The notes beneath the pieces were generated by a model, which was not told the DNA's origin, searched no databases, and saw only the letters and a program-made list of their open reading frames with translations. From the IMG/VR virus record IMGVR_UViG_3300022173_000112, positions 66,916-111,835 of that record: a stretch of 44,920 nt of DNA; one strand, written 5' to 3'. How positions within the stretch are numbered: the stretch's first letter is position 1; every line of letters starts with the position of its first letter. The position numbers and the translations under genes are program-made. Of this stretch, positions 1-8,599 are shown in pieces. The DNA comes from a virus (taxonomy: Duplodnaviria > Heunggongvirae > Uroviricota > Caudoviricetes).

Positions 1-516
1 CTTGGAGTTCCACTTATCGAACTCAAGCTGTACCGAGTACATGGCAGACTTCGGTGCAATCCAGTACCAACTCTTGGCATTGGATTGTTCCATCGCACTG
101 ATTGTCGAGAGCGTCTTGCCAGTACCCATTTCGGCGGCAATGACGCAGTAGTGACGAATCAGTTCAAATGTCGCAATGTCGATTTGGTGTTGCCGGAGTT
201 CGGGACGCCAAACGATGTTGCTTGTGTCAAGAGGCTTGTCGAACCAAACATAAGGATCACCGCCAGCGAGGAAGTCAAGCTGAAAGCGATTATGTTGGGA
301 GTCACTAAGACTCCAAGCCTTAATCGGCGGGTCTTTGAACCCATGCCAAGTCGTACCCTCAAGAGCTTTGAGTTCTTCGGTTATCTTTTTGTTGAAAGCA
401 TACGAAGCCCAAAGCCGGTCACGTTTCTTCGTGAACGTGACCGGGTACCGATAATCCCCAATTTGGATTTTCAGGACCTTTGGAATTCCCTCTTCAAATT
501 GAAGATCAGTGAACAT
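1..516 (-). CDS. SNF2/SWI2-like helicase, N-terminal part (runs off the left edge; not in the ORF track)
   Basis: Hand translation from ATG at 516 is open to base 1: MFTDLQFEEG...FNKKITEELKALEGTTWHGFKDPPIKAWS...LRQHQ...VIAAEMGTGKTLSTI...WYWIAPKSAM. It contains a Q-motif, Walker A EMGTGKT and motif Ia IAPKS. Confidence 0.88.
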   Translation of the reverse strand, partial: MFTDLQFEEGIPKVLKIQIGDYRYPVTFTKKRDRLWASYAFNKKITEELKALEGTTWHGFKDPPIKAWSLSDSQHNRFQLDFLAGGDPYVWFDKPLDTSNIVWRPELRQHQIDIATFELIRHYCVIAAEMGTGKTLSTISAMEQSNAKSWYWIAPKSAMYSVQLEFDKWNSK

Positions 517-605
517 TGAGAGTATCCTTGTGTGAGTGTGGAGTGTAAAAGAATCTTCGTGGCTGAACTAGCTCAGCTATAGTACACCTTTTGGTGCATT
601 GCAGT

Positions 606-938
606 TCACGAAGATTTGAAGATAATAAAGGCGACGACTTCGAGAAGCGTCAGGCCAAGGGCGAGTGCCCACAATTGACGACTGCGATACGTGGCGTACT
701 GCACAATCCCTTGCACACGAGCGTAGACCTCAGCCGACACAGTCGTCATGGTCAGAGTGGCGAAGAATCGTTTCCAGTGGAGTCTGACAATTGTCGCCAG
801 AATCGCACCGCCATACAAGCCACCAACGAACAAGTGAGAGACGTCTTTGAAGACATCCTCTTGGTTGATTTGGCCGGTGGCCGGCATGAGGAATCGGCCA
901 ATGCCGAAAGCAATTGTGAAGAGCAGCACGAATCTCAT
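606..938 (-). CDS. hypothetical membrane protein (about 3 hydrophobic segments)
   Basis: Start moved to MRFVLL (ATG 938), which overlaps the upstream stop (ATGA) and has GGAG upstream. Hydrophobic stretches are present. Confidence 0.7.
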   Translation of the reverse strand: MRFVLLFTIAFGIGRFLMPATGQINQEDVFKDVSHLFVGGLYGGAILATIVRLHWKRFFATLTMTTVSAEVYARVQGIVQYATYRSRQLWALALGLTLLEVVAFIIFKSS

Positions 939-1429
939 TTCTTCTCCAGAAGCTTGAAGGTCTTGTCCTTCAAAGGAACCTTTGAGTAGTTCACCCAAAG
1001 CTGACCCATTTCTCGTTTCTCCATGTCCATCAAGACAAGGTTCGTGAAATGTCTGAATGATGGCAAGGCCGATTCAGAGCAACCAGCTATGAAAGCCACG
1101 AGCCATTGTTGCAGAGTCCCACTGACAATCACATACTCTTCATCAAAGCTGACAGTGAAGTTGAGATTGCATTCTTCGATGATCTCGATTCTGTCTCGCT
1201 CTTTCGGGCACTTGAGCAAATACACGTAATGCTCGTGCCGGAGTAGTGACCCAAGATTCGTGAAATTGCATGGCACATCCTTGAAGTCTGTCAAGGTCGC
1301 CAAGTATGCAAGCGAGTGATTCGGTGGTAGACGTAAGCTGTCGATCTTGGGCGACTTCTCAAAGCTCTTGATAAGCTGCAAGAAGTTGCCCATATCGACA
1401 ACTGTTTTACCCATGAATCCTACTTGCAT
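935..1429 (-). CDS. hypothetical protein, possibly a truncated ThyX-like fold
   Basis: 164 aa with RBS AAGGGTG. Segments LGSLLRHEHYVYLL and VIVSGTLQQW...FRHFTNLV resemble the N- and C-terminal ThyX segments; the catalytic RHRx7S motif is absent. Confidence 0.55.
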   Translation of the reverse strand: MQVGFMGKTVVDMGNFLQLIKSFEKSPKIDSLRLPPNHSLAYLATLTDFKDVPCNFTNLGSLLRHEHYVYLLKCPKERDRIEIIEECNLNFTVSFDEEYVIVSGTLQQWLVAFIAGCSESALPSFRHFTNLVLMDMEKREMGQLWVNYSKVPLKDKTFKLLEKK

Positions 1430-1447
1430 GGTTCACCCTTAAAGAGA

Positions 1448-1581
1448 TGGGCGGGAGGGAATAGCAATCGCCGCTCAACAACCACTAACATCTCAACCGC
1501 CCAATTGATCAGTCCGGGGTACGATCCCGGTAGTCGTGAGACTAAGCCGACTCCAAATCAACACGACTAGTACCTAGTCGT
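1448..1581 (-). ncRNA. candidate structured RNA / leader upstream of the ThyX-like gene
   Basis: Stems tgggcgg 1448-1454/ccgccca 1497-1503, ccggg/cccgg 1514-1530 (7-nt loop), tagtcgtg 1531-1538/cacgacta 1562-1569, acgactag 1563-1570/ctagtcgt 1574-1581. Confidence 0.35.
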
Positions 1582-1647
1582 CAGGTATGTCTTACCCTAT
1601 TTGCCTGTTCGGTTATCCTACTTAGGTCTTATCAAGGGAATCAGACA

Positions 1648-2379
1648 CTATCGGTCACGTTTGGTCTGACCTTCTTCCTTCTTCACGACTTCGACATCCG
1701 ATTCCTTCGGGTTGGCAAACTTCGTCGCCTGCTCGATGATTTCTTCCATCGGCGGGATCGTGAACTGAGTCGAGCACTGGGTGGACACGGGACCGTGCCA
1801 CTTGTACTTGTCAGTCTTGATGAGGTTTGCCTTGAGCGTCATCGGACGCGGACCCTGGCCCGGATCACCATTCGGGAACTCGGGCGTGATGTGGGCCGGA
1901 TTCGCCGGACGCGGACAGAACGAACGGATGTTCGGGGCTTCACGGCGGCTCGTCTTGCTGTTGCAGTAGAACGTGGCGAAGCAACGAGCAGGCAGTTCAG
2001 GCACCCAGAACAGGAACTCGATCCCGTACATGCAGCCCGAATCCTTGATCTCGGACTTTTCTTTGATCGTCAAGAAAGTCGTCGACTTCGGATCGTAGCT
2101 GCTGAGAATCCCTTCGCCGATTTGCATGGCCTTGTAACGCCACGCAATCGCGAGGACGTTGAACTCAGCGGTCAGGTCTTCGATTTTGTCCTTCTGGCGG
2201 ACAAGGCCGTAGCGGCCGATTCCAATGAGTCCTTCTTTGCACGCATTGCTATTCCCGCCGTAGAGCGAGATGTACGGAAGGAAACCACCTGCGGCGACGA
2301 CATCGCCCCAAGCCTTGTCGTCCTGCGTGTGGACCGACATCGGGAAGTTCTGATTCAGAGTGGAAAGGTCTGTGGACAT
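1648..2379 (-). CDS. conserved phage replication-module protein, putative ssDNA-binding protein
   Basis: 243 aa with strongly biased codons, beta-rich aromatic pattern (LPYISLYG, YGIEFLFW, KYKWHGP) and a charged C-terminal tail. Sits between parB and the helicase. Function is inferred. Confidence 0.5.
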   Translation of the reverse strand: MSTDLSTLNQNFPMSVHTQDDKAWGDVVAAGGFLPYISLYGGNSNACKEGLIGIGRYGLVRQKDKIEDLTAEFNVLAIAWRYKAMQIGEGILSSYDPKSTTFLTIKEKSEIKDSGCMYGIEFLFWVPELPARCFATFYCNSKTSRREAPNIRSFCPRPANPAHITPEFPNGDPGQGPRPMTLKANLIKTDKYKWHGPVSTQCSTQFTIPPMEEIIEQATKFANPKESDVEVVKKEEGQTKRDR

Positions 2380-2413
2380 TGTGTAGAGTCTCTTGGTGGA
2401 AAAGGAAAAGGGG

Positions 2414-2458
2414 AAAGAAAAGACACCTAGCCGTAATCAACGATCACGGCTAGGTGTC
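2414..2458 (-). terminator. Rho-independent terminator after parB
   Basis: 13-bp perfect stem gacacctagccgt/acggctaggtgtc (2422-2458), followed on the minus strand by TTTTCTTT. Confidence 0.8.
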
Positions 2459-2464
2459 GGTTGA

Positions 2465-3445
2465 TTACGCAGCCGCCGGAGTTGCGGGAGCATTCAGCTT
2501 GGCGACTTCCTGCGCCGCTTCCTGAGCCTTGCGCTGAGCACGTTCGGCCGCGGCCTGAACGCGTTCGGCTTCGGCCGTCTTCTTGCGTTGTTCGTCCTTG
2601 GCCTTGGCGGCTTCGATCGAACGATTGTCAAGATGTACGGCGTACTTGAGGCCGAGGAGGAATCCTTCTTCGGCGGTCTTGATTCCAGCTTCGCGAACGA
2701 GCTGGGGTCCGATGACCGGCGTCTCAAGCTCTTGCTTGATTTCGGCGGTCTTGCGGGCACGGGCGACGGCGACGAAGCCTTCCGGATTCGCAGCGCGACC
2801 TTGACGGCGAGCCTTGTCGAGTTCCTGTTTGCGGGCCTGGACGGTTCCGCCGAACTCTTGAGGATTCATCGACTGGGCGCGATCAATGAACGCGGCCTGT
2901 TCGTCTTCCGGCAGCTTGGCCAGGACGTAGGCGTTGCTCAGATTGATTTTGCCACCATCGACGAGGGCACCGACGGTTGCCGTCAGCTTCGTGAGGCCGA
3001 GACGTTCCTTGAGCCACGTGTCGCTCTTGTGCAACTTCTGAGCCATCTGGCTGAAAGTCGTCAGAGGATTGCGACCCATGAGACGCTGGAGAGCCTTGCT
3101 GTACTCGACAGGCTTCGTCTCGATCTTGTGGATGTTGCCGAGGATTTGAGCTTCCTCGACTTCGGCGTCGCTCATCGACTTCACCTGAGCCGGGATCGTT
3201 TCTTTGCCGGCGTCGAGCGACCCGGTGTAACGATGCAGACCTTCGATGATTCCGTAGAAGATTTCGCCAGTGGTCGCGTCCTTGACTTCGCGGACGAGGA
3301 TGGGATTCAGGATGCCGACATCCTTGATGGAATCAACCAGCTGAATGTACTCGACATTCGTGCGGTTGACGCCACGCAACGCGACGGGATTCTCGCGAAT
3401 CTGTGCGAGCGGGATGTGCTTCAATTGGGTCAACTCATTGGACAT
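2465..3445 (-). CDS. parB: ParB/RepB/Spo0J family protein
   Basis: IPLAQIRENP...LVDSIKDVGILNPILVR...IIEGLHRY (ParB N-domain with GxxR), ENxxR-like GNIHKIET, HTH QMAQKLHKSDTWLKERLGL and an Ala/Lys-rich coiled C-terminus. Confidence 0.92.
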   Translation of the reverse strand: MSNELTQLKHIPLAQIRENPVALRGVNRTNVEYIQLVDSIKDVGILNPILVREVKDATTGEIFYGIIEGLHRYTGSLDAGKETIPAQVKSMSDAEVEEAQILGNIHKIETKPVEYSKALQRLMGRNPLTTFSQMAQKLHKSDTWLKERLGLTKLTATVGALVDGGKINLSNAYVLAKLPEDEQAAFIDRAQSMNPQEFGGTVQARKQELDKARRQGRAANPEGFVAVARARKTAEIKQELETPVIGPQLVREAGIKTAEEGFLLGLKYAVHLDNRSIEAAKAKDEQRKKTAEAERVQAAAERAQRKAQEAAQEVAKLNAPATPAAA

Positions 3446-3498
3446 GGATCAAACTCCAGAGTGGGTTGCGATTCTTGGATCGCGGTTGAAAATCGTTC

Positions 3499-3830
3499 AC
3501 GAATCAAATCTGATTTGATTCACGGTGAAGCGGGATAGCCTCATATAGCATGGTCCGAAACGGTTTCTTTTGTTTCACGAATTCCAGCGAACCCGCCTAT
3601 CTATAATGGCGCGAATTCCGCCAGCTGCGCCGCCCTCCGCGCCGCCCTACTATTTTCTTCCCTTTTCCTTACTCTTTAATGGCGAACCCTTTTAGAGTTC
3701 CTCGCATTAAAAGAGTAAGGGAAGGGAAGAAAATAGTAGGTCAACAATTCTTGAAACAATTCGGCACGTTTCGGACCATGCTAAATAGACCCGTCTTTCT
3801 GTAATGTGAATCCAATCAGATTTGATTCGT
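3499..3830. repeat. nested inverted-repeat control region between divergent parB and primase (candidate origin / twin promoter-operator)
   Basis: IR pairs: 3499-3523/3806-3830 (25 bp, 1 mismatch), 3546-3562/3767-3783 (17 bp, perfect), 3570-3583/3746-3759 (14 bp, 1 mismatch), 3646-3681/3705-3740 (about 36 bp, near-perfect). Direct repeat gcgccgccct at 3627 and 3639. Confidence 0.9.
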
Positions 3831-3845
3831 AAATGGAGGATTCCT

Positions 3846-6548
3846 GTGCTGAGAAGCGAAGCAATCAAAAAATTGCTCGTTGCTAAAACCCATGCTGACC
3901 TGGCGGAAATGTATTCCAAAAACATGGAAGTTCAATTCAATGTCGCTCAAGATGGTGGCGATCGAATTGAAGAAGATTTCAAGGGGCGAACACTCCACAG
4001 TTATACCGATGGTATCAACAAGTGGAGTCACTTTCGGATTCCGCGTAATGCGAAGACCGAACCCGAAGATAATGATTGCCCCGTGTATGGGGACATCTAT
4101 CAACATGCCGAAGGCGTTGGCATGACGGGTTGGGACTGGCAGAATCGCTTGAGCCGATGGGTCGCCTACGATTTCGACGCCATGACAGGTCACTCGGATA
4201 AGCACGAGAAGAAGATGACCGACGAGGAGCTTCAACAACTCCGAGAAGTAGTATCCGCGATTCCGTGGGTCACTATCCGATTATCAACGTCAGGCAAGGG
4301 TATCCACCTGTACGTGATGCTTGACCCAGTACCCACGCAGAATCATACGGAACACGCCGCCCTCGCTCGGGCGATTCTTGGGTTGATGGCTTCGATTACT
4401 GGCTACGATTTTCAATCGAAGGTTGACACCTGCGGCGGTAACATGTGGGTCTGGCATCGTAAGATGACCGGCACCAAAGGATTATCCGTCGTAAAGCAAG
4501 GAACGATTCTTACGGAGATTCCTCAGAACTGGCGTGATCATGTACGCGTCGTGAGTGGTGCGGCACGTCGCACGTTGCCTGCGTTCGTTACGGAGAACAG
4601 CGAAGCGAACCCGAACCTCGAAGACATGTTTGAGGAAGTAACCGGCACGAAGACTTTGATTCCGCTCGACAATGAACACAAGCGATTAATCGCTTTCATG
4701 CACGAGAACAGATGTTGTGCATGGTGGGATCAAGATCACCACATGCTTGTCACGCACACGGTACACCTGCAAGAAGCTTTCAACAAGCTGAATCTTAAGG
4801 GAGTGTTCAAGACAAATGCGAAAGGTGAAAATTACGGGCAAGACCATAACTGCTTCGCTTATCCACTTAGAAGGGGTGCTTGGGCAGTTCGTCGGTATAC
4901 ACCGGGGGTTGCCGAGGAATCGACGTGGGATCAAGATGGGCAAGGATGGACTCGATGCTACTTCAATCGAGAACTTGATCTCGCAACTGCGTGTCGCGCA
5001 TTCAATGCTAATGAAGATGAGAGCGGAGGTTATGTCTTTCGAGAAGCAGAAGTTGCAGCCAAAGCCGCAACTCTCCTTGGAATCGACCTTGGCATCCCTT
5101 CCTGGGCTAATACTCGATCCGCCCTGATTAAGAAGGGTAAGGATGGAAAGTACATTGCCCAGATGGACGCGACCGAACATGATGACCCACGAGAGATGAC
5201 CCAATGGAATCGTAAGGGGAAGAAGTGGTCACGTGTCTTGAGCGGTAAGGCAGAGGTTGCACCCGAGACCGAGGGTCGTAACTACGACGAAGTTTGCCGG
5301 CATATAATCAGTTCGGCCCATTCCAATTTGGGCTGGCTGTTACGTGCAGAGAAGGAATGGATTGACGAGCCATTGAATCATGTGTCCATTGGCTTGAAAG
5401 GAATCGTCGGCAAGCAAGCTCTCGTGGATACGATCCTGGGCGAAGCGGCACTCAAGCCGTGGAAGATCGTGTGCAGACCGTTCGAACCTGAGTACCCCAA
5501 GATCGCGGGTCGCGTGTGGAATCGGAACGCACCACAATTGCGATTCCGTCCCACGAATGCAGACACGCTCTCGTATCCGACATGGCTCAAGATTCTTACA
5601 CATTGTGGCAAGAGTCTGAACGAACCGATCAAGAAGAATAACTGGGCCAAGGGTGCAGGTATTCTTACTGGTGCTGATTACTTGAAGGTATGGCTCGCAT
5701 CGCTCTTCCAAGAGCCGTTGTGTCCATTGCCTTACTTGTTCTTTTATGGACCACAAGATAGTGGTAAATCTATCTTCCATGAAAGCATCAGGAATTGTTT
5801 GGTTACATCAGGAGTCGTGCGTGCGGATACGGCGCTGATTAATCAGCAAGGGTTCAACAGTGAATTGGAAAAAGCTGTTCTATGTGTGGTTGAAGAAACC
5901 AACATGAAGAAGAACAAAGTGGCCTATAATCGTATTAAGGATTGGGTCACTTCGGAAGAGCTTCCTATTCACCCGAAGACAAAGACGCCCTACAGTGTTC
6001 TTAATACAACACACTGGGTGCAGACGGCGAATGAAGCAGACGCCGTTCCTGTGATGGAAGGTGACACCCGAATCGTTATGGCTTTTGTCGATGAGCTTTC
6101 TCCTACGGATAAGATTCCTAAGAAGATTCTCATGCAGAAGCTGATGAAGGAAGCACCTGACTTCATTGCAGAGTTGTTGAGAATTCAACTTCCAGATTCT
6201 AACGACCGTTTGAATGTGCCGGTCATTGCGACCGAAGAGAAGATTCGTGCACAGCAAGCGAGCCAGAGCTATCTTGATATGTTCTTGGCTGAGCGTTATT
6301 ATTACGTCCCTGGCGAAACGATCCAATTCAAGGAACTTGTGGATGCGTTCCATGAATGGTTGCCGGGGAATGAACGTGATAACTGGATGATGAAAACCAT
6401 TGGGGAATCGTTGCCGGATAAATACGTTAAGGGACGTAGCCCGTCCACTAACCAAGTTATCGTTGGTAACATCTCCAAGAATAAAGATGCAAAGCCTGGG
6501 AAGGTTTTGGTTATTCGCAACGAAAAACTCGTACCATCGGAGACCTAA
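3846..6548 (+). CDS. primase-polymerase (AEP) fused to an SF3/DUF5906-type helicase
   Basis: GTG start at 3846 after GGAGG. AEP motifs YDFD and STSGKGIHLY; C-terminal Walker A FYGPQDSGKS, Walker B LCVVEE and motif C HWVQTAN. Confidence 0.92.
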   Translation: MLRSEAIKKLLVAKTHADLAEMYSKNMEVQFNVAQDGGDRIEEDFKGRTLHSYTDGINKWSHFRIPRNAKTEPEDNDCPVYGDIYQHAEGVGMTGWDWQNRLSRWVAYDFDAMTGHSDKHEKKMTDEELQQLREVVSAIPWVTIRLSTSGKGIHLYVMLDPVPTQNHTEHAALARAILGLMASITGYDFQSKVDTCGGNMWVWHRKMTGTKGLSVVKQGTILTEIPQNWRDHVRVVSGAARRTLPAFVTENSEANPNLEDMFEEVTGTKTLIPLDNEHKRLIAFMHENRCCAWWDQDHHMLVTHTVHLQEAFNKLNLKGVFKTNAKGENYGQDHNCFAYPLRRGAWAVRRYTPGVAEESTWDQDGQGWTRCYFNRELDLATACRAFNANEDESGGYVFREAEVAAKAATLLGIDLGIPSWANTRSALIKKGKDGKYIAQMDATEHDDPREMTQWNRKGKKWSRVLSGKAEVAPETEGRNYDEVCRHIISSAHSNLGWLLRAEKEWIDEPLNHVSIGLKGIVGKQALVDTILGEAALKPWKIVCRPFEPEYPKIAGRVWNRNAPQLRFRPTNADTLSYPTWLKILTHCGKSLNEPIKKNNWAKGAGILTGADYLKVWLASLFQEPLCPLPYLFFYGPQDSGKSIFHESIRNCLVTSGVVRADTALINQQGFNSELEKAVLCVVEETNMKKNKVAYNRIKDWVTSEELPIHPKTKTPYSVLNTTHWVQTANEADAVPVMEGDTRIVMAFVDELSPTDKIPKKILMQKLMKEAPDFIAELLRIQLPDSNDRLNVPVIATEEKIRAQQASQSYLDMFLAERYYYVPGETIQFKELVDAFHEWLPGNERDNWMMKTIGESLPDKYVKGRSPSTNQVIVGNISKNKDAKPGKVLVIRNEKLVPSET

Positions 6549-6551
6549 CCA

Positions 6552-6746
6552 ATGGATGCGATTAACGAAGCCTTCAAAGAACTGAAGCCAGAAGAGCGTG
6601 ATTCTCTGATGGCAGCATTTGATGACTTGATTCCGTTCGTTGTCAAGCTAAGCAACAACAGGTTTTTGGGTGCCCACTGTGGGGAAGATTCCAGCTTGAC
6701 CGTGGTTGAGACCAATGGCTACTGGTTTGTGGGTACATTCAAATGA
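6552..6746 (+). CDS. hypothetical protein
   Basis: 64-aa ORF tightly packed after the primase; ATGA overlap with the next gene. Confidence 0.65.
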   Translation: MDAINEAFKELKPEERDSLMAAFDDLIPFVVKLSNNRFLGAHCGEDSSLTVVETNGYWFVGTFK

Positions 6747-7027
6747 AAGTCATAGCGTTCGCAAATGACGCCAAGCGTATGGCAATCCGGTTCTTGAGCC
6801 AAGAAATTCGGCTCAAGCATCCGGGTTGCAATATCTTGGTGATCGCAGCAAATCATGTCAAGCTGGAGAATCTATGCAAAGTAGATTACTGCTTCTTGAC
6901 AGAGGCGGCACCTTGCGAGGTTGCCGCCTTGGATGGAAAGCTCTACACTCTAACGGGTGTTCCTGAGCAAACGATGAGAGAGTATCACGCGGAAGTAATG
7001 GCATTGCTACCGGAGATTCTTGCATGA
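6743..7027 (+). CDS. hypothetical protein
   Basis: 94-aa ORF with ATGA overlaps at both ends. Confidence 0.7.
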   Translation: MKVIAFANDAKRMAIRFLSQEIRLKHPGCNILVIAANHVKLENLCKVDYCFLTEAAPCEVAALDGKLYTLTGVPEQTMREYHAEVMALLPEILA

Positions 7028-7896
7028 GTGAAGACCTGTTGCGTATCTACGCAGACCTGGATGACACGGCAGTCACGCGTGAGAACTACGTTCGTGCACC
7101 GTTCAATTACCCTGGCAATAAGAAGGAATCACTTGAACACTTACTTCCCTTGCTCCCCACTACTGACGTTTGGGTTGATGTGTTTGGTGGTACTGGAGTT
7201 GTCACTCTTAATCGCCGTCCTTCGAGACTCGAAGTCTTTAATGACCGATGGAGTGGTATTGTTGCTTTCTATCGTTGCATACGTGAGCCTGCGAAGCTTG
7301 ATGCCCTAATCGAAAGACTTCGGTTGTGCGTCCACTCGCGTGAAGAGTTCATGTGGTGCAAGCAAACCTGGGAAAATCCCACGGACGATGTCGAACGAGC
7401 GGCACGTTGGTACTACATGATTCAATGTAGTTTCGCTTGCCGTGGGTTGTTCTTCGGCCGAGTCCTCGGACCGGCCACACCGATTGCAAAGAAGATTTCG
7501 GAAAATCTTCCATTGTTCTATGAAGTCCATCTTCGGATGCGGGATGTTCAAGTTGAGAACTTGGACTTCCGAGAATGCTTCAAGGACTACGATTCCTCAC
7601 AAACAGTCTTTTACCTTGATCCACCCTACTACGAAAACAACATCTACGCCATCAACTTCACAAAGCAAGACCATGTAGAAATGCTCGACAAGGTTTTCAA
7701 GCTGAAAGGCTTCGTTGCGTTGTCCGGGTATAAGAACGATTTGTACGACAAGTTCCCCTGGGACTCAGTGCACAACTGGTCACGCCAAGATAAGATGGCT
7801 ACGATGTCTACAAAAACTGATACCAGTTGCGTAGCAGGGTTGGATATTGAGCGTGAAGAGAAAACTGAGTACCTCTGGATCAAGGAGGCATATTAA
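7024..7896 (+). CDS. dam: DNA adenine methyltransferase (Dam/D12 class)
   Basis: APFNYPGNK, motif I VDVFGGTGVV, VFND and motif IV FYLDPPY. Confidence 0.95.
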   Translation: MSEDLLRIYADLDDTAVTRENYVRAPFNYPGNKKESLEHLLPLLPTTDVWVDVFGGTGVVTLNRRPSRLEVFNDRWSGIVAFYRCIREPAKLDALIERLRLCVHSREEFMWCKQTWENPTDDVERAARWYYMIQCSFACRGLFFGRVLGPATPIAKKISENLPLFYEVHLRMRDVQVENLDFRECFKDYDSSQTVFYLDPPYYENNIYAINFTKQDHVEMLDKVFKLKGFVALSGYKNDLYDKFPWDSVHNWSRQDKMATMSTKTDTSCVAGLDIEREEKTEYLWIKEAY

Positions 7897-7998
7897 ATGT
7901 ATGTCACTTGGTTAATCAACGTCCCGTACTCTTTCAAGTTTGCTATGGATTCTAATGGCGACTTGATGAAGATTTCTTGGAGCGATCAATGCACCTGA
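7897..7998 (+). CDS. small hypothetical protein (33 aa)
   Basis: ATG directly after the dam stop (MYVTWLINVPYSFKF...) and TGATG overlap with the exonuclease start. It fills the gap exactly. Confidence 0.4.
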   Translation: MYVTWLINVPYSFKFAMDSNGDLMKISWSDQCT

Positions 7999-8597
7999 TG
8001 AAACATCTCAATGGACACTTACTATGTGCCATTGACGTAGAGACGACTGGCTCCCGACCCGGCTTTCATGACATCATCCAAATTGCGGTGATTCCATTGG
8101 ACGGGTTGCTGAAACCAGATGGGAATCGAATACCCTTCCTGTTGGACATGTGTCCGAAGCGGCCGCAAAATGCCGAGCCGGATGCAATGGCTTGCAACAA
8201 GCGAGAGCTTGCCGAGCTTGTACTCAGGGGTGTCGATGCCGATCGTGCTGCTGATCTCTTTGTTGAATGGGTCGAGAATCAAAAGCTCGGCTTCAACAAA
8301 CGGATTATGCCGTTAGGTGCAAACTGGCCTTTCGATCGTTCACACATCATGGAATGGTTGCAACCAAAGACATATGAAATGATCTTTGATGCACAGTACC
8401 GTGACACTCAAGTCGTTGCGACCTACCTCAACGATCTTGCTTCGATTCGTGGGCTACCTTACCCGTATCCCAAAGTGAACCTGAGCTACCTGTGCAATAT
8501 CTTCCGCATCGAACGGACGAAGTCACACGATGCGACTGATGATGCACGGGTCACGGCCGAAGTGTACGCAAACCTTCTCAAGCAGTTCGGTGCGTAA
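7998..8597 (+). CDS. DEDDh 3'-5' exonuclease (DnaQ/Pol III epsilon-like)
   Basis: ExoI AIDVETTG, ExoII GANWPFDR, ExoIII SHDATDDA. Start chosen at MKHLN. Confidence 0.92.
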   Translation: MKHLNGHLLCAIDVETTGSRPGFHDIIQIAVIPLDGLLKPDGNRIPFLLDMCPKRPQNAEPDAMACNKRELAELVLRGVDADRAADLFVEWVENQKLGFNKRIMPLGANWPFDRSHIMEWLQPKTYEMIFDAQYRDTQVVATYLNDLASIRGLPYPYPKVNLSYLCNIFRIERTKSHDATDDARVTAEVYANLLKQFGA

Positions 8598-8599
8598 TC

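Noticed and set aside
85-519. 144-aa plus-strand ORF
   Set aside because: It is antisense to the motif-bearing SNF2 helicase frame.
530-600. Small hairpins (gctgaactagctcagc; cacc-tttt-ggtg) upstream of the helicase
   Set aside because: Too short to distinguish from chance or a simple terminator/operator.
2588-3538. 316-aa plus-strand ORF, and likewise 13330-14547, 20976-23234, 25673-26794 and 34244-36292
   Set aside because: These are antisense shadows of codon-biased genes, with no motifs or RBS.
3571-3586. Canonical chromosomal parS (TGTTTCACGTGAAACA)
   Set aside because: Only the first 9 bases (one half-site) match well, and its mirror copy differs (tgtttcaag).
3499-3830. N15-type telRL hairpin telomere site
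   Set aside because: The palindrome is interrupted and asymmetric rather than one perfect palindrome, and no protelomerase is seen in the window.
3822-3845. ORF-track start of the primase at 3822
   Set aside because: It is a non-standard start inside the inverted repeat; GTG 3846 has a GGAGG RBS.
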